From NCBI GenBank assembly GCA_011046315.1, contig DSAU01000202.1, forward strand, positions 1 through 33,872: a stretch of 33,872 bases of DNA. Reading direction: 5' to 3'. Below the pieces are notes generated by a model. It searched no databases. It was not told the DNA's origin and worked only from the letters and a program-made list of their open reading frames with translations. This DNA is from a bacterium. Lineage in GTDB: Bacteria; Zhuqueibacterota; Zhuqueibacteria; Thermofontimicrobiales; Thermofontimicrobiaceae. This document shows positions 19,601 through 26,949 of the stretch, in pieces. Made by a program: the position numbers and the translations under genes. Position 1 is the first letter of the stretch. Every line of letters begins with the position of its first letter.

Positions 19601-20194
19601 TACGCCGGGTTTGTTGAAGAAGAAGTTTTAGGTACCCAGCTTTTACGAGATGATTCCAATCTTCGAATGGGACCGGGACAAGATTATGAAATTGTAAGCC
19701 AGGTAAAAAAAGGGCAGCAAGTCAAATGGTTGGCAAAAGAGGGTAACTGGTGGCAGATACAGATTAATGGTAATTTAACCGGCTGGATCCGCGCCGAAGA
19801 AGCTAAAGAGCTGCCAATGAAAGAACTAACAGCCAACAGAAACGATGTCGCGTATAAACTACCCGGAACTAATCATCCATCGGTGGGTAGAGTTGTTAAA
19901 AACCAAAAATTTACACCCCTTGAAAAACAGGGCAGTTGGTATAAAGTTCAGCTTGCAAACGGCGTCATCGGCTGGGTGCATAGCGATGTCTTTGACGCGC
20001 CGAAATCCAGATTGGTATTCACACTCGATGTTGCGACGCTTTATAAAAGTCCCAGTACATCTTCTTCAGTAGTTCAAAAAATTGAACCGGCAACAGACCT
20101 CTACATCCTGGGCAGCGAGGGCAATTGGTATTATGTGGAAACAAAAAATGAGCGATTACGCGGCTATCTGAGAAAAGAGTTGGTTTTTGAATAA
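16685..20194 (+). CDS. Lipoprotein composed of 17 tandem bacterial SH3 (SH3b/SH3_3-like) domains
   Basis: ATG at 16685 preceded by GGGAGG. The signal peptide has a lipobox (IVVLTIVAAC). Seventeen units of about 65 aa each follow the pattern NVRxGPxxxYxxIxxlxxGxxl...xxxWyxVxlxxGxxGWIxxDl. A Ser/Thr/Ala-rich linker (about 18290-18460) sits between units 8 and 9. I saw no catalytic domain. Confidence 0.8.
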   Translation: MRTGLIRIMAIVVLTIVAACSPEFIDQPDRLAISADTNVRSGPGMDYKIIGTLKAGTRILLLASQNDWHRVEMPDGRTGWIFHGVARLVGSEKVVIMRDTRVRRGPGDEFSAFAIVKKGKQLDSRGERGNWYLVDLVPGKSGWIKKSDAEKSSHRNLTVTMSAKVHQSPDIRSKVMINVNPGSELVYLGKQGEFYQIRLSGGDTGWLHESAVKPIQERTIRVKEKTYVRRGANVGYGVSDTVDVGMRLTLLAEKDNWYEVRTPTGTKGWIYKDFVTTIMSKGELVAEERPVFLMTNQDCNVRQGWGTNWQRIDRLKKGTLVMKIGQKDDWLRVKMPNEKIGWIRQDLLDFDVTVLITLLECNIRMGYGTNFMIKTRVPGYTPLVRISEQQGWTRVYLTDSEIGWIRNDLFAPLDSLLFANQDCNVRKGPSTQHARIKRIDYGTPVYYLGKEKNWYKIRLVDNREIGYIRDDLLNQTGNEFVANDRINVYKGASTDYAVIGTLPVRTRLKKMEQNENFFRVQLDDGRDGWVEKDKVSYSFYPAPNYRLSTGTGSTFAGQTAVTSIASATPAVVSSGDGYDSQQTSAMKDLSQKDVTKVAINLRTQPDTSSSIITNIPPGNTLYQIKQSGEWWEVMTVDGTYGWVHQMAFGTPATKTLYAATAANVRYGPSTNYRIVATVRKGEMLTRLDKRDNWYNVRLPDNSTGWIRQDLVDEYRIAPTIDHSIVPEPAYSTAITVAETKLYDGPSYSYPIRRNIHINTIVTIIGRYQKWSQVELNDGTTGWIANDDIREKFHSKLIAVNDADVRANAATQSEVVDRVKKGEFFRPFEEKNGWFRIIHHEKTGWISSRDVLKLKYPPVYVNTEEVNIRRLPDINSKKIGIEKEGAKLIPTDDHERWLFVRLPRGDRGWIHKDLVNRQKYPWIKIVRDAEVYQKPTAGSILRGRVTRGEKYLALDKNDNWYKMALRSGDIAWIYAGFVEEEVLGTQLLRDDSNLRMGPGQDYEIVSQVKKGQQVKWLAKEGNWWQIQINGNLTGWIRAEEAKELPMKELTANRNDVAYKLPGTNHPSVGRVVKNQKFTPLEKQGSWYKVQLANGVIGWVHSDVFDAPKSRLVFTLDVATLYKSPSTSSSVVQKIEPATDLYILGSEGNWYYVETKNERLRGYLRKELVFE

Positions 20195-20292
20195 CGAGCT
20201 TATTAAGTTTTGTTTTAACCGACAGCGGCGATAATCATAACTGCAACTGGATAATAAAACATTTATTCAAATTAATGTGAAGGAGGTACCAC

Positions 20293-20817
20293 ATGAAAAA
20301 TCTTAAAATCCGAATGGAATGGGTTGTCATCTTTTCACTGGTGTTTATCCTGACCGTTTCTTTTTGCAGCAAAGACGAGGAATTGGTAGAGGTCAAAGAA
20401 TCACTGGCGCCGGTCGAAACTGTCAAACCTGCTCCAAAACCAATCCAACAAGCAGAAGAAAATCTTCAGCAAAAATTCGACGAAGTATTGGCTTCGTTAC
20501 AGGAAAGAGAGAAGGAACTCAAATTAAAACAGGAAAAGCTGGACGAGAAATTTGCCAGGATCGAGGAAAAGCAACAGCGAATTGAAGAAATGGAAAATAA
20601 ATTGAAATCATTCCAATTGGTTTCCATTCTGGTGTTAATCATAGGGCTGGCTGCTATTATATTGGGCGTGGTGATGCTCGTTAAAAACAAGAGTAATACA
20701 CCGCCGAGTGCGCCGGTTGAAAAAAAAGAAGATAAAAAGGCAAATAAAGAAAAAAAAGCACCAGCGAAATCAAAACCAGCAGCGAGCCAGGATTTAAAAA
20801 AAGAGAAAAATAAGTAA
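20293..20817 (+). CDS. Coiled-coil membrane protein with a lysine-rich C-terminal tail
   Basis: GAAGGAGG SD; N-terminal signal or anchor (VVIFSLVFILTVSFCS); an E/K/Q-rich heptad region; a second TM (LVSILVLIIGLAAIILGVVMLV); then a KKEDKKANKEKKAPAKSK tail. I recognise no family. Confidence 0.55.
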   Translation: MKNLKIRMEWVVIFSLVFILTVSFCSKDEELVEVKESLAPVETVKPAPKPIQQAEENLQQKFDEVLASLQEREKELKLKQEKLDEKFARIEEKQQRIEEMENKLKSFQLVSILVLIIGLAAIILGVVMLVKNKSNTPPSAPVEKKEDKKANKEKKAPAKSKPAASQDLKKEKNK

Positions 20818-21085
20818 TTGCTGGGGAACAGAAAATAACGTTTAACCGAATGTTAAACCCTTCGTTGTGAGCATTTGCCAAAGCGGAGGGTTTAGTACAT
20901 TTAATAAGCGTTGAAAATTAGTCCGAATTATTAACCGATGTTGAGTTTTATCATCTTTGATGATAAGGTTGGCGCATCGCTTCAATTGTGAAAAATATTT
21001 TCAAGTTATTTGCTTTAGCTGTTGCTGTGTTTTAATTGGCAATATTTGCTAACTTTAAAATTACCAACCGTTCAAAAACACAACC

Positions 21086-21748
21086 ATGTTCCGAGAACGA
21101 TTACAGCCAAACGAAAAAAATCTGTCGGATATGAGCCGTCAGGAATTCAGTTTACATTCCCGGCTTCATTACCGTCGTGATAATCATGATTTTGTCACTT
21201 TTTTGATTAAGGATTTGGATGTTCCCTATTCCGCCCGAATTCTCGAAATTGGTTGCCGCGCCGGTTGGCTGAGTTTGGAAATTGCGCGTCGATTGCCCGA
21301 GGCAATGGTGGTGGCGGTTGACAGCGACGGTGAAATGATTCAAATTGCAGAAATTAACCGGAGCATTGAGAAAGTTGAAAATGTCGAATTTAGCATCCAA
21401 AATCCGAATGATTTGACTCAGCTTGAGAGCTCGTCGTTTGATGTTGTGGTTTCTTCAAGAATTTTGCATCTGCTAAATCAGCCCATTCAATTTTTTAATG
21501 AAGTAAAAAGGATTCTTTCGGCTCAAGGCAAATATGCCATTACTGACGTCCGTCGCGACCTGAACTTGATCGCTAAAGCTGCAATCTGGTTTGCCGGCCG
21601 CGGCATGGCAACGGAATTTCGTGAATACTGGAAAAATGATTTCTATTCCGCTTACAGCTTTCGGGAAGTTGTAAAAATATTAATTGGAACAAATCTAAAA
21701 GACTGGAAGGTGCAAACCAGTTTGTTTGATTTTTTAATACATAATTGA
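21086..21748 (+). CDS. Class I SAM-dependent methyltransferase (small-molecule/UbiE-like type)
   Basis: Motif I ILEIGCRAGWLS, an acidic residue at the end of beta-2 (VAVDSD), and FDVVVSSRILHLL. No DNA-MTase DPPY, NPPY or PC motifs are present. Confidence 0.7.
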   Translation: MFRERLQPNEKNLSDMSRQEFSLHSRLHYRRDNHDFVTFLIKDLDVPYSARILEIGCRAGWLSLEIARRLPEAMVVAVDSDGEMIQIAEINRSIEKVENVEFSIQNPNDLTQLESSSFDVVVSSRILHLLNQPIQFFNEVKRILSAQGKYAITDVRRDLNLIAKAAIWFAGRGMATEFREYWKNDFYSAYSFREVVKILIGTNLKDWKVQTSLFDFLIHN

Positions 21749-21781
21749 TCCACATCGAATCAAATTTTGCAGCGCTATCGC

Positions 21782-24184
21782 ATGGTTATTAAAAATCTTA
21801 AATTGACAAATTATCGTCGCTTTCGTCATCTGGAGCTTGAGTTTCCGGAAAACATTATCGGAATTCTTGGCAGCAATGGGGCCGGAAAGACCACGATTGT
21901 GGAAGCTATCGGCTGGTGTCTTTATGGGAATCGAATCCGGCGGACCGACAAGCTGGATATTCGTTCACAATTTGCCGCTGCGACCGAAGCCAGTGAAGTG
22001 GAGCTGATTTTTTCCTGCGGCGGAAATGATTATCGGCTGCTAAGAAAACTGAAAGGGAAAAACGCGGCAGTGGAAGCGGCGATTTACATGAATGCAAACA
22101 CTGAACCGGAGGCAGTGCAGGAGCGTGGCGTTAACGAGTTTATTGAATCGCTGTTGAATCTGGATTACCGTTCTTTTTTCGTCTCGGTGTTTGCGCGTCA
22201 AAAGGATTTGGCCGCGTTATCCATGTTTCAACCGGAGGAGAGACGAAAAAGCATTGCCCGATTGATCAATATTGACGCTATTGACCGCAGCCGGGTCGAT
22301 GTCCGGGTTGATCGAAAAGGCAAATTAGACACGCAAAGCGGAATTAAAACCAGCATTCGCGACGATAAAGAATTGAAAGCCAATAAAAAAGAATTGGCAG
22401 CAGAGCTTGAGATTTCTCAACAGCGGCTGAAGGTTTTAGAGCAAAAGTTAGCAGATTGTGATACCAAATTTAAAGCGACAAAAGCCGAATATGAAAAACT
22501 GAGTGAAACTCGTGATCAGTACCATCAAATATTGGCGCGAATTGAGAAGTGGACTACTTTAAAAGCGGAAACTGAACAGCGAAAAACGAAACAGTTGGAA
22601 CAAATTAAAAATATTGAACAAGCTCAGCAGCAAGAGCAACAGTTAAAACTCATGTTGAAGAATTATCAAGAAATCCAGCGTGAAAAGGATCGGCTGGATA
22701 AAGCGAGCGGTAAGTATTTTCAACTTCAGGCGTTTCAAGCAGAACAAAAACGGCTGTTTTCATTAGTAACCAAAGAACAGGTTTTGGTAACAAAGTTAAC
22801 CGAAGAGTTGAAGGGATTTGAAAGCTTTGATAAAAAATTAAGCGAGTTAGATCAACTAATTAATCAGATGCAACAACAGCGGGAGACTGTCCGGCGGGAG
22901 CTGTCGCAAAATGAAGGGCTGATTGTCAATATCACTGCTAAAGGTAAAGAAACGCGGCAAAAAAATGATAAAATTGAAAAACTGGGACCGGATAGCCCTT
23001 GTCCGGTGTGTACCAGGCCTCTTAAGGAGCATTACCAAACAGTGCACGCTAATTTCCAAAACGAGCTGGCAACGTTGCGCAAGCAGTATTCGCAATATGA
23101 GAAAACTGACCATGAGCTCAAAGAAAAAATTCAGCATCTGGATAACCAATTGCTGAACGCGCAAAAGGATCGTGATGCTGTGTTGCAGGCATTGGAACAA
23201 CGCAATGCGCGAGAAAAACAATTAAAACAACACAGAGACACACTCGAGGAGTTAAACCAAAATCTCGAAACAGTCAATAAAAACATTAGCAATATTGGTG
23301 ATGTCGTTTACAACGAAAAACAACACAAAGAAGTGCAGAAAAACTATAAAGAGCTCAGCGCAGTGAGAGATCGTTTGCTCAAGATCGAGGAGAATGTCAG
23401 TCGGTTACCCGATGAGAAACAGGAGCTTGAGCAATTGGAAAAAGCGCTGACAGACCAGACAACAGAAATTGAGCGCGAACAGCAGCAGCTTAAAAGCTTG
23501 ACTTTCAATGAAGAGAATTACAGCGAACTAAGAAAAAATATGGAAATCTTCCAGCAGCAATTGGAATCAGCGAAAGATGAGAATCATGCAGAAAACCAGA
23601 AAGAACTTTCCATTCAAAAAGACCTGGAACGGATCGAGCAAGAGATTAAAACCAATCAAGCCCTAAAAAAGCAAATCAATCAGCTTAAGCAGGAAATTGT
23701 TTATTTGGATGCATTGGATTATCATCTGGGGCTTTTTCGGCAGGAATTATCCGGGAGAATCAGGCCGCTGATCGCTGCCCGGGCTTCTGAGCTGCTGCAT
23801 CTGACGACTCAAGGGCGCTATACGATTTTAGAGTTGGACGAAGATTACAACATTTATCTGTTCGACCAAACCGATAAATTTCCGTTGATTCGATTTTCCG
23901 GCGGAGAACAGGACCTGGCGAACCTTTGTCTGCGAATCGCCGTCAGTCAGGTCGTAGCGGAGCGCGCCGGCAGGTCGCAGATCAACTTCATTGTGCTCGA
24001 TGAAATTTTCGGCTCACAGGATGAGCAGCGAAAAGAGCTGATCATGACGGCTTTGCAGCGCTTATTTTCTCAATTTCGGCAAATTTTCATCATTACCCAT
24101 GTGGAGAGCATAAAGGATGGGTTGCCGGTGATTGTTTTGGTGGAACCAATATCGGATATGGAAAGCCGAGCCACCATGATTTGA
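21782..24184 (+). CDS. Rad50/SbcC-like SMC-family ATPase with a CxxC zinc hook
   Basis: Walker A GSNGAGKTT; Q-loop region FARQKD; about 500 aa of heptad-rich coiled coil with a central DSPCPVCTRPL (CPVC at 23000-23011); signature FSGGEQ; Walker B FIVLDEIFG; H-loop IFIITH. ATG at 21782 (MVIKNLKLTNYRRF). Confidence 0.8.
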   Translation: MVIKNLKLTNYRRFRHLELEFPENIIGILGSNGAGKTTIVEAIGWCLYGNRIRRTDKLDIRSQFAAATEASEVELIFSCGGNDYRLLRKLKGKNAAVEAAIYMNANTEPEAVQERGVNEFIESLLNLDYRSFFVSVFARQKDLAALSMFQPEERRKSIARLINIDAIDRSRVDVRVDRKGKLDTQSGIKTSIRDDKELKANKKELAAELEISQQRLKVLEQKLADCDTKFKATKAEYEKLSETRDQYHQILARIEKWTTLKAETEQRKTKQLEQIKNIEQAQQQEQQLKLMLKNYQEIQREKDRLDKASGKYFQLQAFQAEQKRLFSLVTKEQVLVTKLTEELKGFESFDKKLSELDQLINQMQQQRETVRRELSQNEGLIVNITAKGKETRQKNDKIEKLGPDSPCPVCTRPLKEHYQTVHANFQNELATLRKQYSQYEKTDHELKEKIQHLDNQLLNAQKDRDAVLQALEQRNAREKQLKQHRDTLEELNQNLETVNKNISNIGDVVYNEKQHKEVQKNYKELSAVRDRLLKIEENVSRLPDEKQELEQLEKALTDQTTEIEREQQQLKSLTFNEENYSELRKNMEIFQQQLESAKDENHAENQKELSIQKDLERIEQEIKTNQALKKQINQLKQEIVYLDALDYHLGLFRQELSGRIRPLIAARASELLHLTTQGRYTILELDEDYNIYLFDQTDKFPLIRFSGGEQDLANLCLRIAVSQVVAERAGRSQINFIVLDEIFGSQDEQRKELIMTALQRLFSQFRQIFIITHVESIKDGLPVIVLVEPISDMESRATMI

Positions 24185-24230
24185 CATTGGGATTTTAATA
24201 TCAACATGAAAAATAAAATTTTTATTTGAT

Positions 24231-24554
24231 ATGACAGATGAAAATGATAAATTAATATCTCCTGACGAAAACGAGGACCTGCCGGAATATTTTGTCGTGA
24301 CTGACGAATTGGATTTACACGGTTTTTTTCCAGAGCAGGCACCGGAGATACTGGAAGAATTTGTTCGAAATGCTATCGAATTACAAATCCCAACCGTTCG
24401 CATCATCCATGGCAAGGGAAAAAGCAAAATGAAATGGATCGTTCATCAATTTCTCAAGGATCATTCGCAGGTGCTAAATTTCAGAGACTCCCGTCCTGAA
24501 TCCGGTGGTTGGGGATCGACAGTGGTTGAGTTGGATTTGGAAAAAACGAATTGA
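24231..24554 (+). CDS. Stand-alone Smr (MutS2-related) domain protein
   Basis: DELDLHGFFPEQAPEILEEF...TVRIIHGKGKSKMK...GGWGSTVVEL matches the Smr DxH and HGxG signature. At 107 aa it is close to the minimal domain size. Confidence 0.75.
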   Translation: MTDENDKLISPDENEDLPEYFVVTDELDLHGFFPEQAPEILEEFVRNAIELQIPTVRIIHGKGKSKMKWIVHQFLKDHSQVLNFRDSRPESGGWGSTVVELDLEKTN

Positions 24555-24671
24555 CTCGATTGATTCGATGCGAATCCGAATGTGAGATCGAACAGTTACG
24601 ATTGGCTGCATTTTTCGTTGGCTGTTAATTTACAAAATCGAAGCAGCCACTTGGTGAATAAATACTGTAAA

Positions 24672-24716
24672 ATTCATTTTGCTGTGACGCTTCACATCAA
24701 ATGAATCATTATTTTT
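24672..24716 (+). terminator. Weak candidate intrinsic terminator after the Smr gene
   Basis: Arms ATTCATTT (24672-24679) and AAATGAAT (24699-24706), with an inner GTGA/TCAC pair, followed by CATTATTTTT. The stem is AT-rich, so confidence is low. Confidence 0.3.
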
Positions 24717-24843
24717 AAACCCTGGTATCTTATCGATCATCATATCAGCAAGTTAAGCCAGATCGGGTGGATTGAGTTGGATTGCGATAATCAATACTTT
24801 TAAAGCTTGTTCAGTATTATCTCACTCATAGGTGGAGACTTTG

Positions 24844-24948
24844 ACTGATGCCATCGCTTTATTTGTAACAATATTAGCAATAGAGGCGGCTCTATTTAAA
24901 AATCTTATCATCTCTCAAATAATCAGATCATCAAGCGATGGCATCAGT
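24844..24948. repeat. Perfect 16-bp inverted repeat with a 73-nt spacer
   Basis: ACTGATGCCATCGCTT (24844-24859) and AAGCGATGGCATCAGT (24933-24948) are exact reverse complements. The repeat sits in the 467-nt gap upstream of the T9SS-sorted protein gene. Confidence 0.85.
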
Positions 24949-25021
24949 ATTCCAACAGTAACTAAAGTGATACTTTGTTCAATTATAAATTTTAATCATC
25001 AATCTTAAATGGAGAAAAGAA

Positions 25022-26929
25022 ATGAAAAAAACAATCATCATGATTGGATTGCTGTCGCTGCTGGCAGCGATTCCGCCGCTGCTGTTCGCCATTGGTGGAA
25101 AGATCAGCGGTTTTATCGACTATCAGGGTGAAAAAACAGGACCGGTGATCATCGCAATACTGGCGATTCCGCCGGACTTTGATCAGCCGCTGCGACTGGA
25201 TACGCTGGCTTCCGCCGGTAGTTACGAGATTAGCGATTTGGCGGATGGGACATATTTCATCGGCGCGTTTCTGGATGCGAACGGCAATGGTTTTCCGGGG
25301 ATGGATGAACCGATGGGCATTTTTCCGGCGCCGATAACGGTTGTGGATTCTGCGGAAATTTACGGCATCGATTTTGAAATCAAACAGCTCCCCACCGGAA
25401 CCGGAACGATTAGCGGCAATGTCAGTTATACCGGCGTTCAAACCGGCGAAGTTCATATTTATGCCCTTGGATTGACCCGGACCCCTTTTACATCGACTCA
25501 CTTCACCTGGGGAGAAGCCGACAGCTATATCCTGGAAGGGTTGTTCGGCGGCGATTACATCGTTGTCGCTTATATGGATGTGAACCAAAATCAATTGCCC
25601 GACCCGGGCGAACCGATGGGCGCTTTTAACAAAAGCGTTAAGCTGGAGGATGGTGGCAGTTTCGAAAACGGTGACATCATCCTTTTTGAGCCTGATATGT
25701 ACACCGGCTCGATCTCCGGAAACGTCTATTACGACGGTCCCAAAGCTGGCGACATTCATGTGATTAGCGGCGGACTTTCGCTGACGCCGATTCAGGATGT
25801 CCTGGCTGACGATCAGACCGGCAGTTACCAAATTCCTCATCTTGCTGCCGGATCCTATTATTTGTTCGCTTATGTCGATGCGGATAGCAACGGCAGCTTC
25901 AGTCTTGGCGAGCCGTTTTCCGAAACCTATCTCGAAAAGGTTGAGGTCAGTTGGGGTGAAGAAACCTCAGGCATGGATTTGTATCTGACTGATGTCGGTT
26001 CCGGCGCCATCACCGGAGAAATTAGCTATTATGGGACGAAACAAGGGCTAATTTTAGCGGCGGCTGCCGGTCTGGCAGCGACACCGATCATGCCGCAGGC
26101 TGTCCCCAAGTTTGGACCGGGTCCCTATCCCTACATGATTCCCGGATTGGCGCCGGGTATTTATACGGTACTGGGATTAATTCCCGATTTTGGCCAGGGA
26201 CTTCCTTCTGAATTTGATGAGATCATCCAATTGGTGATGGATAGCCCGTTCGGTTTTTATCTGGGTGATTTCGTCTATGTGGACCGGGACACAGTGAATG
26301 ATATTAATTTTACCCTGGAAGATAGTTCAACCAGCTCCATCGCCGGAACCATCCTTTCGCCTCATGGACTGAATGGCGAAGTGTTCGTCTTTTGTCTCGG
26401 TATTTCCAGAACGCCGTTTATGAAATTATCCATTGCAGGATCGGGTGATTATCAAATCTCAGGCTTGGCATCGGGCAAATATATTGTCGCTGCGTTTATG
26501 GATGTCAATGGGGATAGTACCTTCAGCATCCATGAACCCATGGGTTTTACCCAGAAATTGATCACAGTCTATAGCAATAGCACCACTGAAAAAGTGAATT
26601 TAAATTTGGGATTACCCACCACGGTGGCTGCTGCAGACCGACCTGATTTACCGGCTGATTTTGCTCTGTTGCCCAATTATCCAAATCCGTTCAATCCGGA
26701 AACCAGGTTGCGCTTTCAACTGCCCGAAGCTTCGCATGTCCGGTTGAAAATATTTAACGTTCGCGGAGAGGAAGTCGCGGCGCTTCTTGATCAGGAGGTT
26801 CAAGCCGGTTACCATCAGATAATATGGAACGCACAATCAGCAGTTGGCAATTTGAGCAGTGGCGTCTATTTCTGCCGAATTGAGAGCCGCAATTTCACTC
26901 AGAGCCGGAAAATGATGTTCATCCGATAA
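25022..26929 (+). CDS. Secreted repeat protein with a T9SS-type C-terminal sorting domain
   Basis: Signal peptide MKKTIIMIGLLSLLA. Five modules of about 100-110 aa begin near 25094, 25391, 25701, 25997 and 26333 with the pattern GxISGxVxYxGxxxGxxxv...Y.I..L..G.Y.v.A..D.N.NG....EPxG. The C-terminus (DFALLPNYPNPFNPETRLRFQLP...GVYFCRI..., about 26657-26926) is typical of Por/T9SS sorting domains. Confidence 0.8.
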   Translation: MKKTIIMIGLLSLLAAIPPLLFAIGGKISGFIDYQGEKTGPVIIAILAIPPDFDQPLRLDTLASAGSYEISDLADGTYFIGAFLDANGNGFPGMDEPMGIFPAPITVVDSAEIYGIDFEIKQLPTGTGTISGNVSYTGVQTGEVHIYALGLTRTPFTSTHFTWGEADSYILEGLFGGDYIVVAYMDVNQNQLPDPGEPMGAFNKSVKLEDGGSFENGDIILFEPDMYTGSISGNVYYDGPKAGDIHVISGGLSLTPIQDVLADDQTGSYQIPHLAAGSYYLFAYVDADSNGSFSLGEPFSETYLEKVEVSWGEETSGMDLYLTDVGSGAITGEISYYGTKQGLILAAAAGLAATPIMPQAVPKFGPGPYPYMIPGLAPGIYTVLGLIPDFGQGLPSEFDEIIQLVMDSPFGFYLGDFVYVDRDTVNDINFTLEDSSTSSIAGTILSPHGLNGEVFVFCLGISRTPFMKLSIAGSGDYQISGLASGKYIVAAFMDVNGDSTFSIHEPMGFTQKLITVYSNSTTEKVNLNLGLPTTVAAADRPDLPADFALLPNYPNPFNPETRLRFQLPEASHVRLKIFNVRGEEVAALLDQEVQAGYHQIIWNAQSAVGNLSSGVYFCRIESRNFTQSRKMMFIR

Positions 26930-26949
26930 CCATCTGAATTTGCATTTGA

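Noticed and set aside
20319-20585. 88-aa alternative-frame ORF within the coiled-coil protein gene.
   Set aside because: It is an Arg/Gly/Lys-rich product of a purine-rich coding region. The main frame has an SD sequence and a coherent TM plus coiled-coil architecture.
21782-24184. Assigning the Rad50-like ATPase to a known system (Lamassu LmuB, RloC, or canonical SbcCD).
   Set aside because: - There is no LmuA- or LmuC-like gene, and no effector domain of the Lamassu kind is adjacent.
- The protein ends right after the H-loop, so it lacks the RloC C-terminal anticodon-nuclease domain.
- No sbcD gene is adjacent.

I therefore left it as an unassigned Rad50/SbcC-like ATPase.
24062-24427. Minus-strand ORFs (121 and 90 aa) spanning the end of the ATPase gene and the Smr gene.
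   Set aside because: They are antisense to two genes with clear domain signatures, and I recognise no motifs in them.
24992-25840. 282-aa minus-strand ORF opposite the T9SS repeat protein gene.
   Set aside because: The plus-strand frame has a signal peptide, five internal repeats and a sorting domain. The antisense frame is Arg-rich, an artefact typical of GC-richer, Gly/Pro/Asp-rich coding DNA.
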